Source of the DNA: Eledone cirrhosa
Taxonomy: Eukaryota
Length of the DNA: 64,000 nucleotides
Assembly: GCA_964016885.1 (NCBI GenBank)
Contig: OZ024745.1
Coordinates: 20,956,001 to 21,020,000, forward strand
Reading direction: 5' to 3'
Position numbers and translations under genes: made by a program. This document shows, piece by piece, positions 12,363-22,923 of this stretch (the first letter of the stretch is position 1; each line of letters begins with the position of its first letter). The notes under the pieces are model-generated. The model was not told where the DNA came from and made no database searches. It saw nothing but the letters and a program-made list of their open reading frames with translations.

Positions 12363-13122
12363 TTTGTTTTTCGATATACGATTAAACATACAAACTTCCT
12401 TTAGGAACGCTGAAGAGAGAGAGAAGAGAGTGAGAGGGAGAGAGAGAGAACGTTTGTTTTTGAGTGTGGAACGGTCAAACATTTATTCACTTCAATGACA
12501 AAGAGAACTTATTACATTTCCTACGAAACAACAATTATTCAAAAGCAACAGATAAATTTATTCAACAACAACAAACATAGCGATAAATCATTTTTAAAAC
12601 CTCTCAACGAACGTGGAAGAAAGAAGTATCAGTTTATTTACTATACACAATAATATTCTCTATGAGGTCACTAAACCTGCTAGAAACAGCAGCTAACTCT
12701 CCCCCATATTACACCACTCCCTACTGTCTTAATTTAGAAAACATATCCTCTATGAGGTCACTAAACCTGCTAGAAACAGCAGCTAACTCTCCCCCCTATC
12801 ACATCACTCCCTACTGTCTTAAATTTAGAAAACACACATTAGACAACCATGCAGAACAACTCCATCGCAGCTCTGTTGTTCGGCTGGCATCGTCTAGGCG
12901 CGTGTTGCGCAAGTACTGTGAAACAATAAATTTCAACACAGAGATAATATCCATAGGCGAAACTACAATTGTCACTGCTGGCGCAGCTCCTGCTTCGGCA
13001 GTCCAGGTCTGCAATTCATTCACCCAGTACCTGGCAGACAAAAAAGTGCTGCCATAAAATGGGTGGTGCAACCTAACTTTGGTAACTTACTGACCCCGAG
13101 CAACGCCGGGCTTTAATGCTAG
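11986..13122 (+). mobile_element. Non-autonomous Helitron (family H1) copy 1
   Basis: 5' TCTATAAAAGGCAGA. 3' hairpin CCCG-agcaacgc-CGGG, 8 nt, then CTAG|T. Internal duplications. Inverted homologue at 41133-41982. Confidence 0.8.
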
Positions 13123-13155
13123 TATATATATATAATTCTAATTCCGCGAAGACAC

Positions 13156-13723
13156 TATACAGGTTGTCCATCGTAGATGTAATATTCAGTGGTTGATGTA
13201 GGAAATGGTCATTAAAAACACCAACAGAAAGCCTGACTGGAAACTTTCTAATTTTAATTCGGCTAAAACACTATACTATACATATTTCAATGGCCCAGCT
13301 TCATCATCCGAATATGGTGCATGACATAGATGATTTCTTCAGGTGCTAATTTCAGAATTAGTTATATAAGAGAACAGGATCTTAGCCAACACAAACAGAG
13401 AATAGAAAATAGAAAATAAAGGACATATTTTGATTCGGGGAGGGCCCGCTGATTCCGTTTTATTGTAACGGCAGGTGGTCCCCAGGATGTTCGCCAAAAT
13501 CCTGTTCTCTTATATAACTAATTCTGCTATTAGCACCTGATGAAATCGCCTGGGTCTTGCACTATATTCGGATGATGAAGCTGGGACATTGAAATATGTA
13601 TAGTATAGTGTTTTAGCCGAATTAAAATGAGAAAGTTTCCAGCCAGGCCTTCAGTTGTTGCTTTTAATGACTATTATCTACATCAACCAGAGGACACTAC
13701 ATCTACGATGGACGATCTACATA
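13156..13723. repeat. Diverged fold-back element, ~235-bp arms with ~95-bp spacer
   Basis: 13156-13391 is the reverse complement of 13488-13723 with scattered mismatches. Arms contain CTGATGA (13537) and ATGATGA...GAAATATGTA hammerhead-like motifs. Confidence 0.8.
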
Positions 13724-13846
13724 ACGTTGTGCTTTAATTCATTATAGCGTAGCTTACTAACCGGAATCACCAATTCCACCAATAGTTAAAAGTAACATAA
13801 ATGGTAAATGTGTCTGGAACTGGCTGTTGAAACGGCAAGATCTCAG

Positions 13847-13884
<38 letters not shown>

Positions 13885-13967
13885 TAAAATACACAACATT
13901 TTATCGACGCCACTTTGTTAGTTTATGTTAACAATTCATGAGTATAAATTTTGATACAGGAAAGAGG

Positions 13968-14980
13968 AAACTAATACCGTATATCAGGCTAAACTAATAC
14001 CGTACACCAGGCTAAACTAATACCGTATATCAGGCTAAACTAATACCGCACACCAGGCTAAACTAATACCGCACACCAGGCTAAACTAATACCGTACACC
14101 AGGCTAAACTAATACCGTATATCAGGCTAAACTAATACCGTATATCAGGCTAAACTAATACCTCACACGAGGCTAAACTAATACCGTATATCAGGCTAAA
14201 CTAATACCGTACACCAGGCTAAACTAATACCGTATATCAGGCTAAATTAATACCGTAGACCAGGCTAAACTAATACCGTATATCAGGCTAAACTAATACC
14301 GTAAACCAGGCTAAACTAATACTGTACACCAGGCTAAACTAATACTGTACACCAGGCTAAACTAATACCGTATATCAGGCTAAACTAATACCGTACACCA
14401 GGCTAAACTAATACCGTATATCAGGCTAAACTAATACCGTACACCAGGCTAAACTAATACCGCACACCAGGCTAAACTAATACCGTACACCAGGCTAAAG
14501 TAATACCGTGTATCAGGCTAAACTAATACCGTACACCAGGCTAAACTAATACCGTATATCAGGCTAAATTAATACCGTAGACCAGGCTAAACTAATACCG
14601 TATATCAGGCTAAACTAATACCGTAAACCAGGCTAAACTAATACTGTACACCAGGCTAAACTAATACTGTACACCAGGCTAAACTAATACCGTATATCAG
14701 GCTAAACTAATACCGTACACCAGGCTAAACTAATACCGTATATCAGGCTAAACTAATACCGTACACCAGGCTAAACTAGTACCGTATATCAGGCTAAACT
14801 AATACATTACACCAGGCTAAAGTAATACCGTGTATCAGGCTAAACTAATACCGTACACCAGGCTAAACTAATACCGTATATCAGGCTAAACTAATACCGT
14901 ACACCAGGCTAAACTAGTACCGTATATCAGGCTAAACTAATACATTACACCAGGCTAAAGTAATACCGTGTATCAGGATA
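13968..14980. repeat. 23-bp minisatellite (AGGCTAAACTAATACCGTAYAYC), about 44 copies
   Basis: Direct inspection. Alternating TATC/CACC variants. Confidence 0.95.
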
Positions 14981-15862
14981 AAATGCTGTGCTATTGCTTT
15001 ATCAAAACTTTATAATGAATTCGTGTAGAGAGAGAGGAGGGGGTATCAATAGCTAGAGAGTGGTAACTAAATAAAGAGAGACTGACAGTCATATATATAT
15101 ATAAAGCGGGGGTTACCTCCCTTGGGGAAAACCACGTGTCTATAGCGAAATTTACTGCTAGAACATACCCACAGAGGCTAAAGAGCACAAGACATGCTGA
15201 AGAAGTAAATCCTTTGTTCTGTCGCCAAAAACCATTAACTTGCAGACCCCTGCAAGCGGAATTTGTCGATCTTGGATTTGCAGAAACCTAGCGCTGATGT
15301 TGTGTGCTGTATGTGATGTATATCGTGTGCTATACGATATGCATTATATGTTGCATTCGGTCCCAGCGTTCTGTCCAGGTCAGTCTAAAATCTTTTCCTG
15401 AGTCCTGTATTTTCGTTGCTGTGGTAATGCGGCTGGACTGCCGATCGCTATATTTGATTTGCTAAGCTGTCTAAACGTATTGTTATTACTCTGGGGTACT
15501 TTCCCCCATGCGAGTGCTAAAGCTACATACCGAATTTGCATTCGTTAGCTTGGCCGCAAACTAAAGCTTCGTTAATGCTGTACTAAAATGTCTATATATA
15601 TAAATTAATAAAAACAATGAAATAAAAACAAAGTACAAGTTCCTTATATTAAAAATTCCTCATTTTACCGTCGTTTCTAGGATGTATATGTGTGTTGGTA
15701 TGTATATCATATAGATCTATGTAAACTATTACAAATTATCAGAGGAAATATACATACCATCACATATACATGCTGTCTTCAGAAATGAGAGAGAGACAGA
15801 GAATGAGGTGGAGGGAGTATCAATAGCTAGAGAGTGGTAACTAAATAAAGAGAGACTGACAG

Positions 15863-15938
<76 letters not shown>

Positions 15939-16324
15939 GGAGGAGGGTATCAATAGCTAGAGAGTGGTAACTAAATAAAGAGAGACTGACAGTCAAATAT
16001 ATATATATATATATTTAAGATATTTATATATATATATAAAGAGAGAGAGAGAGAGAGACAGACAGAGAGGGAGAGAGATGGAGGGAGGTTATGTGGTATC
16101 TTATTAAAGTTTTCCCTCCAGGACTACGTGGAAGTCCACCTTATGTTGATAGAAGAAGTAGGCGACAGGAAAGAAAATAGTTTAGTAATGTGTTGAATGA
16201 TTTGTGATTAACATAACTTGGTTATCAGGAATGAAACAACGAATGGGAACAAATCTGGTAACAATTTGTCTTAATAGCGACAGAGAGACATACGGGCGCG
16301 TGCACACAAACACACACGTACGCT

Positions 16325-16645
16325 CAGAGACACAGAGACACACATGCACGTCCAGACACACACACACACACACACACAAGCCAGCCCAGAGACAGACAAA
16401 CACACACACAAGCCCAGAGACAGACAAACACACACACACACAAACCCAGATACAAACAAACACACACACACAAGCTCAGAGACACACAGACACACACTCA
16501 AGCCCAGAGACACACAGACACACACACAAGCCCAGATACAAACAAACACACACACACAAGCTCAGAGACACACAGACACACACACAAGCCCAGAGACAGA
16601 CAAACACACACACAAGCCCAGAGACACACAAACACACACACAAGT
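16325..16645. repeat. CA-based minisatellite (AAGCCCAGAGACA(C/G)ACA..)
   Basis: Direct inspection. Confidence 0.8.
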
Positions 16646-17102
16646 CCCCCCCCCCCCCCACACACACACAACTATACATACATAAATCTTCATATCCTGT
16701 AAAAGTACCAAGATAAATACGAGGAAACTTCTACGTGATTGTTGAAGCTGCTAGAAATCACAGTCAAATCTCCCTCGAATCATACACTGCCACTTTAACT
16801 ATGGAGGACTCGGTATATCAAGGTGTAGTTGGGATACAGAGAGATAGAGAGGGGGGGTAGATAGATAGATAAATTTCTATTTATTTGCCACGAGGGCACA
16901 AAAGAAGGGGACAAATACACAGTGGGGGAGTTTACATAAATCGAGTAAAGAAAAAGGAATAACAATAATAATATAATAATAAAAAGTCCTCAAAAGGGAG
17001 GGGGCGTGTTTGGGATTGCACATACCCCCGAAAAGTGTGCAACCCTTTTCGCGGGGGAAGCACAGAGAGGAGGCGCTCCCCCTTTCCTCTTCACTTCTTC
17101 AC

Positions 17103-20100
17103 CTACAGAACAATGTAGAGAGAAGGCCCATTTACACGAGCCATTCTCGCTTCTTTCACCCACCTTTCATAAAACTGTCTGGGGCCAAGCACTTCTCTCT
17201 CCCTCCTGATCCTTCTTCCGAAGTGGTATCGGAAGAAGTAAACCAGGTGATGGCCGGAGAGAAAGTCACCCGACCTCAGACCTTTCAGGCGCGTCCACCA
17301 CACAACCTCTTTCATCATGGCTATTACGCACAGAAAGACCGCCTCTGCTTCGTTTCTGAAGGGAGGCGGCGGCTTGATGTTCACCACAGACTCGGCGGTT
17401 AATCGAATCGGCGCCACACGCGACAGCAGTCGTTCGACGTAGCCCCACAGATCGGCAACGCCCGGGCAGTGTACCAGTGCATGCGCAACGGTTTCCTCGT
17501 CGCGCACGCATCTGGGACAGATCTTTTTCGCTGGATCCCTGCCCGGGCGCCCGTGTCTGTAGAGCTTTTCTCGAACGGGCAGAGCCCCCCGGTAACATTG
17601 CCAGGCTAGGGACCTCTGGAAGCTGTCCATGGGTCCCGGGCCGAAAGTTCTACCGAACAGGCTGGCCAGTTCGTCCTCCTCCATGCCTAGCGACTCTCCA
17701 AGGGTGTCGTCGCCCCTGCTAGCCACCAGCCCTCTATAGAATGTCGAGGTGGATTCTCCACTGATAGTCGGGTCCGCTTGCCAGATAGCCGTGAGCGCCT
17801 GGGCACACTCGGTGTGCCAGTTGCCCAGTTTTCTCGGTCTTTGCTTCACCAAGGATTGCAGCTCGGTGAGCGAGACGAGCAGTGGGAAGGCTCGCCTCAC
17901 AAACGGGGCCCACACCGGCTGACCGGTGAGGAATACCTGTAGATGCCGTAGCCTCAATGCGTGCCTACGCATCAACAGCCACGGCATACCCAGCCCTCCT
18001 TTCGAAGGGTGCTGGCAGCAGATGGATCTCCTCACCATGGGAGGCCGCTTCTTCCAGAGGAACTGGAAGAGCATGCGTTCCATGATGGTGATCTTTTCCT
18101 TGGGGCAAGGCACGACGGTCAGGCGGTAGCAGATGACGGACGCTATGTAAGCGTTCGTCACCTCCGCCCGACCTTTCAGTGATAGTTTGCACTTGGCCCA
18201 CTTCTGGGTCAGCGCAAACACCCTGCTCGTCACCTCGCCCCAATTCTTCTCCACCTGGAGGTCCGGTCCGAACCAGACCCCGAGCAGCTTCACCGGGCCC
18301 TCCGTCCACCGCCCGACGACACCGTCTAACGGCATCGGTTTGCCCCTCCACGTTCCGAGTTGCAAACCGACTGACTTGTCCCGGTTCAGCCTAGCCCCCG
18401 TCAGCCTTTCGTATTCCTCCAGTAGGGTGGCGATCGCCCCGATTTCCGAGGCGTCCGCCACCATTACTGTTACGTCGTCGGCATAGGCCGAGACCGCTTT
18501 GTGCAATCCCGGTTCCAGGGGTATGCCCCGCAGCAACTCCAACTTCCGCAGCAGTGGCTCGAGAGTCAATACGTACAGAAGGGAGGAGAGGGGGCACCCC
18601 TGTCTGATGGACCGGGTGATTTGAAACGGCTCCGAGAGGTAGCCGTTTACTTTAATCCTAGAGTAGATGTTGCCACTGTGCATGGCAGAAATCCAGCCCC
18701 TGAAAACGGGTCCGAAGCCCGCCGCCGCTAGCACCGCATCCAGGTAACCATGGTCGACCCTATCGAACGCCTTAGATTGATCCAAGTTGATCAGGGCCCC
18801 ACCAAAGCCGGGTTCGTTGCCAACCCTCTCTATGATGTATCGCATGAGGTGGAGGTTGTCGTGAATGGACCTGGACGGGATGGCGCATGTCTGCGCGTCT
18901 CCCACCAAACCACCCACCACAAGCGCCAACCTCTTCGCCAACACCTTGGCCAAAATCTGTAACTCTGCATTCAGCAGAGTTATGGGCCTAAAGTTACTTA
19001 AGTCGTCCCCCTTGCTCTCGTCCTTCCTCACTAGCGTGACCACGCCCTTGGTCACAGAACAGGGAATTCTCCCGTTCTGTTGCCAGTTGCAATAGACAGC
19101 CTCGAGGAGTTCGGAGAACAAGACCGGCATAGCTAAATAAAGTTCGTATGGTAGACCATCGAGACCCGGAGATTTGCGTCTGCTGCATTGGCTGAGCGCT
19201 TCCCCGATTTCAGTGGCTGTGATTGGCCTTTCGCAGCACTCCGCTTCGCCGCTCGAAAGACGCGGTAGACCGTCGAGGTATGGACCGAAGTCCACATCCC
19301 CGTCCGGCCCCCCGCCCCCTCCGAACAGTCGAGCAAAGTGCCTTTGAAAGGCCTCGCACATCCGCTCAGGTTCAAGGATCACCCGTCCATCCTGGTCTCG
19401 CAAAGACCGAATGGTGGATTTAATCCCACTCTTGGCTTCTGTCACGCGGGCCCAGCTAACAGCTTTGGTCCCCTCGTTTCCTAAAGCACGTATTTTACTT
19501 CGGACAACGCAGCCTTCATGATTCGCGTCAAAGAACTGGCTCAACGCCGTTCTCGCCGCTAACACTCTGGCTACGTCTCCGCTCCTAATCGCCTCTTCTA
19601 GTTTATCTGTTAACTCCCTTTCCTTCCTATTTCTATTCGCCGCTAGTTCCTTACTGTAACCTATCGAACTTACTCTAATCTCTCTCTTTAGAGATATCCA
19701 CCACCTACTGTTGACGATCGCTCCCGTCAACCGCATCTTAACTAAGCTACTAATCCGGTTCCTGTAATCTTTCTTTGCCGGCAAGGACAAGTTCATCTTC
19801 CAGTAACCGGGACCCTGTCTATGCGTTCTATCAAGGTTGACCACGCAGGTCACTAATTTGTGATCTGAATAGCCAACCATGATCAATTCTGGACAACTAA
19901 ATACGTCCCTATCCTTACTCCTAACCAAAAACCTATCTAGGTACGATCTAGATTGTCCACTGCGGTTTGCCCAGGTCCAGGTTGGCGCAGTTGGACAATC
20001 TAGTCGAAATCTATCGACCAGGTCGAATCGATCGAGTAACCCCTTGAGGCTGCTACACCCCCCTCTATCGGGACATGCCCCTGCATAGTCCAAACGCGCA

Positions 20101-20539
20101 TCTAGGATTCCATTCCAGTCCCCCACTAAAAGCAGGGAACGCGACGTTCCTAGAAAAGTCTCCAGTCGCTGGAAGAAGTCGGCTCTTTCAGCCCCGAAGG
20201 GGGCATAAAGACCGACCAGTCTGAAAGCCCCGCCTTCACCGCCTCCGACGTCCAGCACCAGTAATCGACCCCCCGGGTCCGAGTGAACAATCTGTACGTC
20301 GAGAGCCAGACGTTTATCCAGCAGTACGGCAACTCCCCCCCCCCCCCCTTCGCCTCCGGGTTGACAGAGAGATGCGTGCATCTCAAGTCATCGAAGGCGG
20401 GAGCCAGCTGTCGCACGCTGCTGATCCGACTCTCGCAAACAACCATCACATCTATACTTCGTGACCTGAGGTCACTTACTAGCTTTGCTTGCTTCCAAGC
20501 TGAGCCCAGGCCACGCGCGTTCAAACAGCCAACTCTCAA
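17103..20539 (-). CDS. Tx1-type ORF2: AP endonuclease, reverse transcriptase and C-terminal CCHC; one frameshift near 20335-20385
   Basis: APE: LRVGCLNARGL, CES, GGVAVL, YAP, GDWN, SYLDRF, SDH. RT: KSPGLDGLP, FRPITLLN, DQSKAFDRV, RQGCPLS, YADD. Zinc finger CPRC-x8-H-x4-C. The first ~50 codons lie in ORF 20150..20539 and the rest in 17103..20381. Confidence 0.93.
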
Positions 20540-20544
20540 TTGAT

Positions 20545-22385
20545 CTATTTTGGTGTTGAAAGTGAAGAAAGAAAAGCACCTACCTCTCCGGGCTGTGTAA
20601 TTTCCATGGCGTTAGATGTGTTGGGTGGAGGGATGTTTTGTGGTGGTGTGGGGGTGCCCGAGTGTGGTGGGGTTGGGGTGTTTGGAGTTGTGTTAGGGAG
20701 AGGGGAGGTTATGGGGAAATCTTTCAAGAGGACGCGATTTAACGGTTTTAAACAGGGGGGGGGGGGGGGGCTCACGTCCTGTCTAAATTGTTCTTTTAAG
20801 GAACGATAAAGGTCCAGAGGGACCTTTATCATTTTTAAATGGGTGAAGTTCTCTGTTGAGATAAAGTTTGGCCCTTCGGTCTGCACCAAAGGGCTATTGT
20901 TTATTAATTTAAACAGTTTTTTGTTTTCTTTATTTATATATGTGTATTGCAATGTCTTTTTTTGTGATGCTGTCAATGTTTCGGAGAGGGGAGGCGCAGA
21001 TTTATTTTTGTTTGTTGAGGGTGGGGTGTTTTTTTATTGGAGTTAGTGTTTGTGTGTGGGTTATTTGTGGTGTGCTGGGTGTGTGCTTTCTTTTTTTTCT
21101 TTTAACTTGTCTGAAGGCTTCTCCTCCTTCTTCTTCAGAAGTTGGGGGAAACTCTTCGGCGCTAGGTGGGAGGGACGTCGTGTCTGGTTGTTTTTTTTTT
21201 TGCGGGAGGGGTAGATTTGTTGCTGTTTTTTTTTATTATTTGTTTGGAATGCGTTTTGTGGTGGTGGTGGTGCTGTTTGTGTCGTGCTTGTGGTTGGTGA
21301 GGGTGGTGGTGATGTTTGTGTTGGTGATGGTGGTGGTGATTTTTGTGTCGTGCTTGTGTTTGGTGCTGGTGGTGGTGATGTTTGTGTTGTGCTTGGTGGT
21401 GTTTGTATTTTGTTTGCTGTGTGTGGTATTAGTGTATTTTTGGAGGTGGGTGGTGTTGGTGTACTGTTTGTGATGGGTGTGGGCAATAGTCCTTTTTGGG
21501 GGATACGTTTCGGGCAGTTAGCCTTAATGTGTCCCCTTTCCGTGCATAAATAGCATGCTGGTCTTCTCCCCTCTACAATTATATCTATTGGGGTGAGCTC
21601 ATCCAGCCAGATGCGATCCGGGATTTGTGCTATTCTTTCGGGCCTCATTTGGACTAGTAGGTCGAGGCCCATTCCCAGGAACGCATCTCCGGATGCCTTC
21701 CCCATTGACAGCACTGTGTCCTCGCCCATGTCTATGAAGCCAGCAATAGCCCACCAGAAGTCCATTGTGGGCAGCATTGTTTGTATTTTTACTCTCTGTG
21801 TTCTTCTACCCATGTAGGAGGGATAGAAGCTGTATGTTGTCGATGAGAGTGGGCTTAGGGAAAGCTTCTCCGCCGTTTCCTTGTCTTTTGTTAGGACCGA
21901 AATGCTGCCATAGAGTCGGTCCTTTCGTATGAAGAGAATATTCTTCATATAGTCTTTTAGGACCAACTCTATCTCCATTTGGCTGGGCTGTGCTGGCTTT
22001 CTTGTTTGGTTTAGGATTGTTCTGAAGAGAACTGTGTTCTCTGTTCTCGCTTTCTTGAATTCGGGGGGGGGGAGTTAATGGAAAACATTCCGTTCTCCCC
22101 CAAAACAATGTGTTTCTTTGCTTCGGCCAGTTTTTCTCTGGCGGCAGTTAGGTCAATTGGTGTGTATGTAATGGATTGTTTTGTTTTCTGGGCGAAAGTT
22201 GCCCTGTTGTTATTTGTATTATTTTCTGTTTGTTTGTTTTCCGTTTGCTCATTTTCCTTAACATTTGTTTTTTCATTTTCTTTGTTTGTTTCGTTGTCTA
22301 ATTTTGTTGTAACTATATTTTGTTCTTCAGACTTGGGGGGCGTGGCAGAGCTAATGGCAGACATGTCTGCCATCTTTTCCGCCAT
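20545..22385 (-). CDS. Tx1-type ORF1 (zinc knuckle), broken by homopolymer frameshifts
   Basis: ATG at 22385 (MAEKMADMS). Frames join at the G10 run ~22063-22072 and the T-runs near 21030-21235. Zinc knuckle CYLCTERGHIKANC, Pro/Thr-rich linker, stop at 20545-20547. Confidence 0.8.
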
Positions 22386-22701
22386 GCTGCCAAGAACGAA
22401 ATTTTTCGGCAAAAATAGATATTTATTTTACCTCCTAAAAAGGGGGTAAATGCAAAAATGTTTCCCTAAATAACAGGGGTTAGTGTTCCAAATGTGTTGC
22501 ACTGAAAAATTTATCCGGTACTTACAATAGTAAGGGTAAATCCCGATGGAATAGCGGAGCCGATGTGAAGCGTGTCTTACTCTATCAAGATAGATAGATA
22601 GATAGATAGAGCCTTCCCACGACTCGTCTCGCTGACCGAGCTGCAGAGATAGATAGATAAATAGAGAGACAGAGAGAAAAGAAAGAGAGACAGACAGAGA
22701 G

Positions 22702-22748
<47 letters not shown>

Positions 22749-22923
22749 TAAAGAGAGACAGAGAGAGAGAGAGAAAAGAGAGAGAGAGACAGAGAGACAG
22801 AGAGAAAAGAAAGAGAGGGGGTAGAGAGAGAAAGAGAGAGAGAGAAAGAAAGAGACTGACTAACGTTGTTCTAAAACCTTTGTCCATAGATATCTTCCTC
22901 CAACAGGGCCGACGTTTTGGCTA

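Larger units (their letters stand above)
16872..22588 (-). mobile_element. Near full-length Tx1-clade (L1 group) non-LTR retrotransposon
   Basis: About 200-bp 5'UTR, CCHC ORF1, APE-RT-zf ORF2, pyrimidine-rich 3'UTR ending AAATAAATAGAAATT and then (TATC)n. (GATA)n on both flanks. Confidence 0.92.

Noticed and set aside
12662-13071. 131-aa and 86-aa ORFs, mirrored at 41139-41440
   Set aside because: Internal to a non-autonomous Helitron. The frames differ between copies and no Rep or helicase motifs are present.
13968-14980. CRISPR-like appearance of the 23-bp and 49-bp arrays
   Set aside because: No unique spacers, no cas genes, and a eukaryotic context.
17006-20809. Short plus-strand and alternate-frame ORFs inside the LINE
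   Set aside because: Antisense or shadow ORFs of GC-rich Tx1 coding sequence.
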